A stretch of DNA of 64,000 nt from Mantamonas sphyraenae STR306 (lineage: Eukaryota > Protista > CRuMs), in assembly GCA_026936335.1 (NCBI GenBank), contig JAPMXV010000069.1, positions 1-64,000 of the forward strand, read 5' to 3'. The translations under genes and the position numbers were made by a program. A model generated the notes under the pieces. It was not told where the DNA came from and searched no databases. It was given only the letters and a program-made list of their open reading frames with translations. Below, piece after piece: positions 10,391 to 20,629 of this stretch; the first letter of the stretch is position 1; the number at the start of each line of letters is the position of its first letter.

Positions 10391-11494
10391 ATGTCCGACT
10401 TGCAAACCGCCGCGGCAACCCGCCCCCGCCGTGACCGCCCACAAATTGCCATCGCAGACCTTGCCGAGTCTGCAAAGGCACACACAAACCTCGTGCGTTC
10501 CTCTTCCTCTTCATCTCGCCGAGCCTCCTCCAGTGTGCGCAGCGTCTCCAGTGTAGCCAGCAGCAGCAGCGCAGGCTCGTATCCAGAGCCTCTCTACCCA
10601 CGCACGCCGCCGCCTCCCGTCCACAGGCGCAAGCGCATGGGCGGCAAGGAGGCTCTCATTGGACACGACGCCAAGCGTCAGCGCGTTGCCACGTACACCT
10701 TTGATGCAGAGACGTACCATGGACACTCCCAGGACGACCAGCTCTTGCGGCAGCAGCTGCACGAGAGGAACTGGAATGCCCACGCAGACTTCACCACCTC
10801 GTTCGCCTCCTCCCGCGACAGGATCCTCACCTACGAAGACCCCATCGACTTTGACAAGCTTTATGCACGCTTCACCTCTGTCTTTCAAAAGTTCTTTGGA
10901 AATTCCGCCGACGACGTCCTTGCAGGGCGCGTCGTCGCAAACTGGAAACTCATTGGCGAACTCGTCGAGTACGTCAGCGGCCAGCCAGATTCCGACGACC
11001 TCTTTGACCTCCTCTTCCACCAAGACATTGTTTTCGGCAACCACGGACGCGAGGGCATGCACTACCGCAACATCATTACCGAGCACGTCGCCGGTCCCGT
11101 CTACCACATGGAACTCGACGCAATCATGCAGTACATGGACGGAACAAACATCACCCGCAGCAAAACCCTCCGCCGTCTCCGCACCATGCTGTGTTGGTGT
11201 CTCTTCCAGGGCTATCTTAACCGCAACATGACCCCCTTTGTCGCCTGCACAGACGTCGAGCTCCTTGAGCTCTACGTTGTCGGCTACCTCCGCGACGCCA
11301 TGCAGGCCGTCGAAAAGACACGCCGTGACGCTCTCGATTGCCTCAAACGCATCACACGCACCTTTAGGCGCATGCGCAAGGCTAACCCTCTCCGCATGGG
11401 GCCTTCCGACCGCGAAATCAACCTCCTTGAAGTCATCGACGTCGAGTTCCGCTCCATGCAGGATAACTATGACATTAAAAAGTACCGCGGCTGA
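10391..11494 (+). CDS. Hypothetical protein (Ser-rich N-terminus, basic NLS-like motifs, helical C-terminus)
   Basis: 367-aa ORF with coding-like composition filling the gap between two minus-strand genes; no family recognised. Confidence 0.7.
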   Translation: MSDLQTAAATRPRRDRPQIAIADLAESAKAHTNLVRSSSSSSRRASSSVRSVSSVASSSSAGSYPEPLYPRTPPPPVHRRKRMGGKEALIGHDAKRQRVATYTFDAETYHGHSQDDQLLRQQLHERNWNAHADFTTSFASSRDRILTYEDPIDFDKLYARFTSVFQKFFGNSADDVLAGRVVANWKLIGELVEYVSGQPDSDDLFDLLFHQDIVFGNHGREGMHYRNIITEHVAGPVYHMELDAIMQYMDGTNITRSKTLRRLRTMLCWCLFQGYLNRNMTPFVACTDVELLELYVVGYLRDAMQAVEKTRRDALDCLKRITRTFRRMRKANPLRMGPSDREINLLEVIDVEFRSMQDNYDIKKYRG

Positions 11495-11499
11495 TCGCT

Positions 11500-14007
11500 T
11501 TATGACTGTCCGTCCACCTCCACATCCGTCTGCCCCTGGCTTATGGCACGCGCCAACTGGTTCAGTTTGTTGGGCAACAGTTTGATCATCTCCAACACAA
11601 TCGGCATCTCCTGCCCAAACGACTCTTGCGCCCGTGGATGTGCCTTTACATACTCCACAATCAGCGTGTACTCGTCCAGTGCCGCCTTTGTGTTGATCAA
11701 CAACATCTGCGGCGACTCTGTAAACAGCGTCGATTTCAACCGGGCCATGCAGAAACGTGCCATCAGGTACGGCCGCTCAAACTCTTCCAGCAATCCCTTT
11801 TCAGGGAATTTGCCCGTCGACGTGTCTCGCATGGTGTCCACAAACGCCTGATAGTACTTGATGGCCTCTTTTGCCGTTTCGTTCAGCTTGTTGTTGCCCA
11901 ACCCCTTCACGTGTGTCATTTCCATCTCTCGCATCTGCCGCTTCGTCTCGTGGATCTTGTAGTAGCCTTCTGCCGCCATGAACTGCATCGAGCGCACCTG
12001 GTCCAGGTAGTAGTTCGGATTCAGCTCGTCAATCAGAGGCAACACGGGCTTCAGCCGCATCTTGTGCATCTTCACAACACGTTCGGGGTCATCTTCAAAG
12101 CTCACCAGGTACATCGTCAGCCGTGCACAGTCCATCAGGATGCGCACGTGGTCCGTCACAAACCCGTCGATCACGTAGTACACCTTTGCGTTTTCGTAGT
12201 GGCTCAGCGCCTCCAGGTACACACTGCGCGCACTCGCAAAGTCTGTCGGCAGCAGCTCTCCATTGTACAGCGGATGCTCAATCTCCAGCGTGTGGAACAG
12301 CAGCTTGTCCAATTCCGCCTGCGTGTTGCTCACGGGCGTCAACCACGACAGATCCGGCACCTCCTCCCCAATCTGCTCCAGTCGCTTTGCATCCATCACT
12401 TCGGCTGCATCCGACAGTCGCGTGCTGTGAAAATCTGCCCACGCCTGCTCCATGTTTGCCCGCGCACGCACCTCGTACTCGTTCTCGGTCGTGATGTCCT
12501 CGTAGCCGATGATCGCCACGTCGGGCAGCACTTTGTCTGCAGCACGTAGACAGTGTTCTGCAAGCAGCCAGTTGCGCTGTTCCAGGTACAATGAGCTGAT
12601 CTGCATGGCGTTTGTGCCCCAGTCCAGCCGGTCGTAGTTCCCTTCTTCCAGCTGTCTCTTCAGCGTCAAATGGCAGTACGTCGCCGCCAGACGGCTTTTG
12701 TGCAGATGCGTCAGCACTTGAGCAAGGTAAAACTGCGCAAGCGTGTACATCGCCTCGATGCTGTGCTTGTTCTTCACGTTCAGTTGCGGGTTGGCACTCA
12801 ACTGCACAGCCTCCTCGCTGCTTGTCGAGCTCTGCCCCACCGAAAACGAGTCCAAGTCGCCCACCAAGTGGAACCACAGTTTGGTGCTGCGCAGCTGCGC
12901 CTCTTTGACACGAAGCTGCTCCAGCGCGTCTCCCTCCAGCGCGTCCTGCACAAACCCGTCCTCGATTGTCTCGCTGCCCAGCATGTGCTTTGCATACAGC
13001 CGCTCCGAAACACGTAGCATCTGGTACGACTTTGTGAATTCTTCGCGCATGCACCACAACAGGCCCAGCTGGTTGAACAATCGTTGCCACAGCGGAAAGT
13101 ACGCCTCTTCCTGTCCCTCGTCCACTCCTGGCAGAGTGTACAACGAGTCCACCTGCACACGCCCCAGATTGGCGTACGCCCGGTGCAACAGACTTTGCCC
13201 CATGTGGTTCTCCTCACAATCAATGAAATTGCATCCCAGGTAGATATCCACCGCGCTCACTGCGTCCCTTACCTGCGTCTCTTCCTCGTCGCTCAGACCT
13301 TCTACGGGCTCCACAGTGCTCACGTCCACCTGCGCCGCCTCGTTCTGCTCCACGCTTACGCCCACCATTGCCAGCAACACGCACTTCATCTCCAGAAGGA
13401 TCGCCCGCGCGCGGTACTTGAAACGGAAAGGATCATCGCGCGGTGTCTCCTCTTCAGCATACGTCAGCACCTGCCGAATGGCCTCGCGGAATGCGCTTGT
13501 GTACTCTGACGCCTCTGTGCTTGCGTCCATCGCATCCAGGGACTCCAGTCCCAAGAATGCGTGCAAGCTGGTTGGTGCGTTTCCCAGCAATTCGCTCTTT
13601 GCGATCTCCGGCGTGTTGGGTCCTTCCCCCTCTTCCTCCCGCTCTTCCTCCTTCACCGTGTGCGACGATGACCCTCTTTGGTTAGTCTCATCTTCCGCTT
13701 TGCCACTGCTCTCCATATCCACAGCCACGACGGCGTTTTCCGACCCGTCACTTTCCGTCGAGCGTTTCCTCTCCGCTTTTCGCGCGGCGCGCTGTTGCCG
13801 CTGTTTCAGCAGCAGCTCCGCCTGCCTCTTCTTTTCCTCGTCCTGTTGCGCCTCCATGATCTTCAGCTGCTCACTGTGCTCCTTGAACAGAGCTTCCGCG
13901 ATCTGCTGATGCGCTTCCTGCTGTGCCTCCTCCGTAGGCTCCAGATCCGGCACGGTATCCTCGTCGTCATCTTCAGGCAATTCTACATGGATGTCCTTCG
14001 CGTCCAT
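11500..14007 (-). CDS. KIFBP: KIF-binding protein (KBP/KIAA1279)
   Basis: KYRARAIL, LGCNFIDCEE, NQLGLLW, YTLAQFYLAQV, YCHLTLKRQL, YVIDGFVTDHV, ELNPNYY; start set at MDAKD. Confidence 0.9.
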   Translation of the reverse strand: MDAKDIHVELPEDDDEDTVPDLEPTEEAQQEAHQQIAEALFKEHSEQLKIMEAQQDEEKKRQAELLLKQRQQRAARKAERKRSTESDGSENAVVAVDMESSGKAEDETNQRGSSSHTVKEEEREEEGEGPNTPEIAKSELLGNAPTSLHAFLGLESLDAMDASTEASEYTSAFREAIRQVLTYAEEETPRDDPFRFKYRARAILLEMKCVLLAMVGVSVEQNEAAQVDVSTVEPVEGLSDEEETQVRDAVSAVDIYLGCNFIDCEENHMGQSLLHRAYANLGRVQVDSLYTLPGVDEGQEEAYFPLWQRLFNQLGLLWCMREEFTKSYQMLRVSERLYAKHMLGSETIEDGFVQDALEGDALEQLRVKEAQLRSTKLWFHLVGDLDSFSVGQSSTSSEEAVQLSANPQLNVKNKHSIEAMYTLAQFYLAQVLTHLHKSRLAATYCHLTLKRQLEEGNYDRLDWGTNAMQISSLYLEQRNWLLAEHCLRAADKVLPDVAIIGYEDITTENEYEVRARANMEQAWADFHSTRLSDAAEVMDAKRLEQIGEEVPDLSWLTPVSNTQAELDKLLFHTLEIEHPLYNGELLPTDFASARSVYLEALSHYENAKVYYVIDGFVTDHVRILMDCARLTMYLVSFEDDPERVVKMHKMRLKPVLPLIDELNPNYYLDQVRSMQFMAAEGYYKIHETKRQMREMEMTHVKGLGNNKLNETAKEAIKYYQAFVDTMRDTSTGKFPEKGLLEEFERPYLMARFCMARLKSTLFTESPQMLLINTKAALDEYTLIVEYVKAHPRAQESFGQEMPIVLEMIKLLPNKLNQLARAISQGQTDVEVDGQS

Positions 14008-14084
14008 GACTGTCTGGTTTCTCCGTGGAACCTTGATGTGTTGCAATGGTTTCTTGTGCGCCGCGTTCGCTTCGCCACGGAAAC

Positions 14085-16010
14085 CATCCACACACTCTTT
14101 TGATTGATGAGCCAAGCAACAGATCAGGAAACCAGTGAACTGGGCACGCAGACGTCCGAGTCGCTGACGGGCGGTGAGGAGCTGGAGTCGAACACGAGCG
14201 TGGGCACAGAGACGGCAGAGCCAAAGAAGAAGAGCAAGAAGCAGCTGAAGAAGGAGGCCAAGGCCAAGTGGCTGGCAGAGAAAAAGGCAGCAGAGGCAGA
14301 GGAGAAGGCGGCAGCAGAGGCAGCAAAGAAGGAGGAGGAGGCGGCAGCGCGTGAAAAGCTGCTGGAGGAGGCGAAGGAGCTGGTGCTGGTGGAGGACAAG
14401 GAGCTGCCGGAAGCCAAGAAGATCAAGATCCGAGACTGTGCCAACTACGTGGGCCAGCGCGTAAAGATCGGCGCGTGGGTGCACCGTCTGCGCTCGCAGG
14501 GCAAGAACCTGATGTTTCTGGTTCTGCGAGACGGGACGGGCTTCTGCCAGGCTGTGCTGCACGAGGAGCTGGTGAGTGTGTGGGAGGAGGTGTGCGGGTG
14601 GGATGGGATGTGGGCATGGGTGTTGCGGGAGCGTGGGTGTGGGTGTGTGCGAGGGGGGATGCGGGAGACGGGAAAGTCCGGGAACGCATTTGCGGCTGGT
14701 TTCGGCGGAAAGGGAACGGGCGAGAAAGGGTGAGGAGGGGGCCAAGGAGGGAGGGGAGACTGACACAAACGGGGTGTATTGCGGATGAGGGCACAGTGTC
14801 AGACGTACGACTCACTGACGATGCATGTGGAGGCGTCTGTGTACGTGTACGGTGTGCTGAGCGAAGAGAGCCGTGCGCAGGGTGGATACGAGATCCAGGC
14901 GGACTATTGGGAGCTTGTGGGGGCGTCGTCGGCAGAGTTTGAGAACAGGGTGAACGCAGAGTCGAACCCGGAGCAGCTGTTCAACGAGAGGCACCTTGTG
15001 TTGCGAGGAGAGTTTACGTCGCAGACGATCCGCATGCGGTGCTACATCGAGCGTGCGTTCAGGGATGTGCTGTTCAACATGGGCTTCATGGAGGTGAACC
15101 CGCCGACGCTTGTGCAGACTCAGGTGGAGGGCGGATCGACGCTGTTTGACCTGAACTACTTTGGGGAACCTGCGTACCTGACGCAGTCGTCGCAGCTGTA
15201 CCTGGAGACGGTGTTCCCTGCGGTGGGCGACTGCTTTTGCATCAACAGCTCGTACCGTGCAGAGAAGAGCAAGACGCGTCGTCACCTGAGCGAGTTTCTG
15301 CACCTGGAGGGAGAGATGGGCTTCATTTCGTTTGAGGACCTGCTGGAGCATCTGGAGGATCTGATTGTGCAGACGTGCGAGCGTGTGCACGAGTACGCAG
15401 GGGACATGCTGTACGAGCTGAACCCTGGGTTCCAGATGCCAAAGAAGCCGTTCCGCCGCATGGAGTACCGCGAGGCGATTGCATGGCTGGTGGAGCACGA
15501 AATCCCAAACCCGAACACTGGGGAGCCGTTCAAGGAGGGAGAGGACATCACTGAGCAGCCGGAGAGGAGGATGACGGACGAGATTGGGGAGCCGATCATG
15601 CTGATCAAGTTCCCGAAGGAGATCAAGTCGTTCTACATGCAGCCGTGCACGACGGAAGGGGACGAGGGACTGACGGAGAGTGTGGATGTGCTGATGCCTG
15701 GAGTGGGAGAGATTGTGGGTGGGTCGATGCGTGCGTTTGACCACGAGGAGCTGATGGCTGCGTTTGAGAGGGAAGGGATTGACCCTGAGCCGTACTACTG
15801 GTACACGGACCAGCGCAAGTTTGGCACGACGCCACATGGAGGGTATGGACTGGGTATTGAGCGGTTCATCACGTGGATCCTTGGGCTGAAGCACGTGCGC
15901 GAGGTGTGCCTGTACCCGCGCTACCTGGGCAGGTGCAAGCCTTAGAGAGATGGACACTGGGCGAAGGACCTGTGTGTGTGTGTGTGTGTGCGTGCGCGCG
16001 TGAAGGAATG
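14085..16010 (+). repeat. Inverted segmental duplication, arm A (about 1.9 kb)
   Basis: Reverse complement of 20630-22551, including the intron and the 3' (TG)n tract. Confidence 0.97.
14107..15945 (+). CDS. NARS1: Cytosolic asparaginyl-tRNA synthetase, copy A; intron 14572-14796
   Basis: WVHRLRSQGKNLMFLVLRDGTG, QTQVEGGSTLF, LTQSSQLYLE, YRAEKSKTRRHLSE, PHGGYGLGIERF; GTGAGT...CAG intron joins the exons in frame. Confidence 0.97.
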
Positions 16011-16082
16011 TATTACGGAACGCACGGACGCTGCAAAAGAAACCTGCCGCACCCCGCACCCCGCACCCCAACCCAATCCACG

Positions 16083-17592
16083 ATGCCTGGCAAACGCAAG
16101 ACTTCGGCTGCAAGGAAGCACAACGATATCGTGGCGTGGATGCTGGAGTACGCCATCAAGACAGACCGGAAGGAGTTGGTCGAACGTGAGTTGAAAAACA
16201 CGCGCCAATTTCGCGCCTGCCGGCAGCCCATTGCCACAGATGCGAGAACACCGTGCAGTGGATGCGGCCAGGTTCTACACAGGTCCATAGCAACATCCAC
16301 GGGTTCGAGGGAGGTGTGGACCCTTGTGTGGATAGGCCCATGTCGGGGCTGACATTTTCGCGCCAAAAACTCGCTCCCGCCACGCAGAACTCTCGGAAAC
16401 GCTGAACCAGGATTTGCTTCCGGATAACTTCAGGCTGTACATCTCGTCGCTGTACACGCTGTTTGCGTTGTCCGAACCAGATGCGCTGAATGCAGATTCA
16501 GTGCTCAGCTTGAAGAGCTCGTTGACGAGCGCGGTGGAGATCCTCAACCCGGGCATGGATGTGGACGAGAGTGAATTGGATGCTTTCGTGACCGCAGCAG
16601 CGGTGCATGTGGTTCTGGAAGAAGACAACCAGGAGCTGGTCAAGACTCTGTTTGCCAACAGCCCGCGTACGAAGCAGTTGAAGCAGGTGCTGAAAAAGAT
16701 CAAGGAGTACTTTGAGATGGACTGGGAAGAGGAGGAGGCTGCACAATTGCGTGCAGAGTACTCCAGCGCTCAGGTGTCGGCCATGTACAAGGACCTTGTG
16801 GCTGATCTGTCCCCGGTGAGGCGCCGCAGCGTGCTCGAGCGCGCGTGGTTCGACCATCGTGACGAGTTGTTTGGTCTGGAGGTCAAGGAGAACACAAGCA
16901 ACACGGGCCACAAGCGCCAATCAAAGAAGGACGTCGAGGCAGCCCGCAAGCGCAAGGCCAGCAACGAGGAGGATGAGGATGAGGAGGCCGAGGAAGCTCA
17001 GGGAGGTAAACAGCACAGCAAGAAGCAACGCGTGGCCATGTCACCAGACACGAGCAAGATGGTCAAGGATCTGAAGAAGGGCGACAAGAAGCTGAAGCGC
17101 ACTGCAAAGCGAAGTGCACTTGAAGAGGCAAACGCAGTGGCGGAGGAGGTAACTGGCCGAGCCAAGCCGAGCAAAAGCATTGCCCAGGACAGCGACGACG
17201 ACGACGATGGAGCATGGAACCAGCTCAACTCGCAGGACTACGGACGCGTGCCCAGCATGAAGAGCACAGAGGTGAAGCGCGTTGCCGATCTGCAGCCCAA
17301 GAAGCAGAGCAGTAGTACGCCGGTCAAGGCATCGCGCTCGACCAAGGATGGTTCGAGCCCGAAGAAGTCGGGCACGCGTCGCAGGTGGACAAAGGAAGAG
17401 GACGAGTTGTTGGTGGGCGGGCTGCAAAAGTATGGACTGAGCTCGTGGGCCGAAATCATGGCTGATCCCGTGTTTGGCGCCCTCAAGTCAAAGCACAAGC
17501 GCACCAACGTTGGTCTCAAGGACCGCTACCGAGTGCTCGTGCGCCAGGGCGTGCTGCAGGTGGAGGTGGAAGACGAAGAAGAGGAAGATTGA
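16083..17592 (+). CDS. TRF-like protein with a C-terminal telobox-type single Myb domain; intron 16186-16387
   Basis: RRRWTKEEDELLVGGLQKYGLSSWAEI...RTNVGLKDRYR matches the telobox LKDRWR signature; helical N-terminus and charged linker. Confidence 0.8.
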
Positions 17593-17653
17593 CGACGACG
17601 ACAATGAAGCGAGGATTCCAATGGCCAGAGCCGCTGTGAAGCGTCACTTTCGA

Positions 17654-18338
17654 TCAACACTCCACACTGTCCCCTTCCGAGTCTACCTTTGCATCTCCAG
17701 GTTCGGCCTGAACCTCAATCTCCTTGACAGGGACCTCGGGAATGCTGGCCAAGAGCTCCTGGTCGACAGAGCCAATGCTGCGGGACTCGATGGACGCCAT
17801 CTTGGCCAAGCGTGTGATGTGTCGTCCTCCGTCAAACTCCATGCCCAGGTATGTGTCGACAATGTCCTTGGCCACCTCGACGCCCGTGTTACGTCCACCC
17901 AGTGCGAGCACGTTGGCATCGTTGTGGGCACGGCACATACTTGCCGTGTAGTGGTCGTGACACAGTGCACACCGAATGCCCTGAATCTTGTTTGCAGCGA
18001 TGCTGATGCCAATGCCTGTGCCGCAGAGAAGGATGCCCTGCGCGTTTTCCTCCAGCACCTTGCTGCACACCTTTTCAGCAATGTCTGGGTAGTCGCACTG
18101 TGTGATGGCCCAACGGCGACGGGTGAGAACCATGCACACGGGGTCGTGCCAGCCAACAATGTCGGTGCGTCCGGCGCAGGCGGATGGGAAGGGCAGCGCT
18201 TACCCTCTCGGCGTTGTGTGTGCCCAGGTCCACCACAGTCACGCCACTCTGCTCCATGTGCTCCACAAGCTCCATCTTAAGGTCGTAGCCGCCATGGTCG
18301 GAGCCTACATACACGACGTCACTCTTGGGCTTGCTCAT
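17654..18338 (-). CDS. rpiB: Ribose-5-phosphate isomerase B (RpiB/LacAB family); intron 18098-18203
   Basis: GSDHGG, DYPD, GILLCGTGIGISIAANK, HNDANVLALGGR, FDGGRH. Confidence 0.95.
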
Positions 18339-18389
18339 GGGGATCGTTAGTGTGTCTGCCCCTGCGCCCAAGCTGCCATCCCATCCGCA

Positions 18390-19763
18390 ATGAGTGAGAG
18401 TGCCTTCAACCTCACCCTCCATCCGCTGGTGGTCATCAATGTCAGCGACCATTGGACGCGCTTCAAGGTGCAGAACCGCAAAGAGCAGCGTGTGTACGGA
18501 GGTAAGAAGAGCAAACCGACAACAAGCACAAGCCTCCCTTTGCGCAAGCCAAGAGTGTGCGTCCCGTGTGACTGACCCCGCCGCCAAACTACGTTGATTG
18601 CGTGTGCTTTCCCCAATCCAGTCTTGCTCGGCACGCAGGACGGCCGTGACGTGGACATTGCCAACTCGTTCGAGCTGGTGCTGATGCAAGGGGACGACGG
18701 CCTCGTGGTGGACACGGAATACCTCGATGCCAAGCTGGACCAATGTGAGTTATCCATCTCTTCTGTGTGTGTGTGTGTGTGTGCGTTGGGCTCCGTCCCG
18801 TACAGGTGGTCTCTGCCACGCACACAGACACACGCACAATCGCTTCTGGCGGAATTCCCCTCTTTGGCTCCAGGTCCCTCTGCAGGCCCACCGCCAGCCG
18901 ACAAACACTCACATCGCACGGGAAACCACGCTGCACGGCTGCTCTGATCCCTTTGCTGCACCACAGACAAGCAGGTGTTTCCAAGCTTTGACCTGCTGGG
19001 CTGGTACGCCACAGGAACGGAGATCGGCCAAGACGACATGGCTGTCCACCGCCAGGTACGCTGCACTCACTGTGTCCACACCGTGGAAACAACACACAAT
19101 TGTCTCTAACATGATCACACGTTTGCCACCGCAACCCGTCTCCCCCCTCTTCCTTCTCGTCTGCAGGTCATGACGTACAACGAAACGGCCGTGTTCATGT
19201 TGGTCGATCCCAACCCCAACACAAACTCGACGGAACTGCCGCTGGTGGTGTTTGAGAGCGAAGTCAAGGTGCAGGACTCTGGCAACGACTTTGTCTTCAC
19301 GCAAACCGAGGTCAACCTGAAGAGCAACGACGCAGAGCGCATCGCTGTGGACCATGTTGCGCGCGTGTCGAGCACCTCCACGCAGGACTCGCAGGTGTCG
19401 TCCAACCTGACAGCGCTGGGTCGTTCAACAGTCATGCTGCAGGAGCGCGTGCAGGCCATCCTGGAGTATGTGCAGGACGTCAAAGCGGGCAAGAAGCCCT
19501 TTGAGCACCAGACTATGCGCACGATTCAATCCATCAGCTCGCAGCTGCCCACCGTCGACAACGACGCCTTTAACAACGAGTTCAACCAGGAGTTTAGTGA
19601 CACCCTGCTCATCGCATACATGGCTTCGGTCACAAAGGGGATCAAGACAACCGACGATCTCGTCACCATGTATGCCAAGGCCGCCCCGAAGCAGTCTCGC
19701 CGCACGCGTGGTGCAGAGCGTTTCATGGAGGACTATGGCGGCGGCAGGATTGCCGGCTTCTGA
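18390..19763 (+). CDS. COPS6: COP9 signalosome subunit 6 (MPN-minus); introns 18502-18621, 18745-18966, 19056-19166
   Basis: LHPLVVINVSDHWTR, LLGTQDGR..IANSFEL, KQVFP..DLLGWY, AERIAVDHVA. Confidence 0.93.
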
Positions 19764-19794
19764 GCAATGAGACAATGGAACCGCGAAGCACTTT

Positions 19795-20554
19795 TCATTC
19801 GTTCCCAATCAGCGTGAAAAACGCCATGCCTGCAATGACGAGGTACTTGAGCCACGGATAGTCGTTCATGGCAATGGTCACGTAGCCAATGTAGGGCAGA
19901 AAGCCACGCACAGTACCCACCACATGCTTGTGCTCCAGCCACTCTTGCTTTTCACGCGCGTTGTACAGACCCCAATCGTTGCCCTTGTTGTTGTCCCCCT
20001 TGGTCAGGTAGTACGTGGTGTTTTGTGCGTCTGTGTAGGTGTTGAGCACCCGATGCACAATCGGAATAGGCTTGTGGTCCACTTTGTACACAATGATGTC
20101 GCCGACCTTGGCCTTGCCCTCGGGTTCGTGGTACAGGAACAGCAGATCGCCACGTCGGAATGCAGGCTTCATCGATCCACTGCACAGTGCAGGAAAGAAG
20201 CGCGCGTGGGCCACGGGTGCCCTTGTATGTCAGCTGGGCGCCTGAAGAACGCAGCCGCGCCGATTCACACCTGGAAACTCACCTCAAGACGACCACAATG
20301 GGCGAGTCCGTTGCTGTTGCCACAATCATGATCTTCCAGATGATCAGCGCAGACGTGACCACCATCACCATGTTGATCACACTCAGCACCAAGTCGCGCT
20401 GGTCCCACACAAACATGCGTTGACGTCAGCCTTCACAACCACACCTCCACGAGGCCTACTCTCTGCTCTCGTCTTTTGCGTACCACTGCCATCCCCACGC
20501 ACTTACCTTGCGCGACTTGCGAAACTGGTTCCACGACGTCACCACGCCATCCAT
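19795..20554 (-). CDS. SEC11: Signal peptidase complex catalytic subunit SEC11; introns 20399-20506, 20180-20282
   Basis: [48 protein letters not shown]. Confidence 0.95.
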
Positions 20555-20629
20555 TGTGGTTTGTGCGAGTGCCTTTTGGTTGGCGCGACACGGGTTTCCA
20601 TTCTGCGACATTGACTCCAACACACTGAC

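Noticed and set aside
14008-14766. N-terminal 250 aa of the 1088-aa ORF 11500..14766
   Set aside because: It is the antisense shadow of AsnRS copy A; KBP-like sequence starts near 14007
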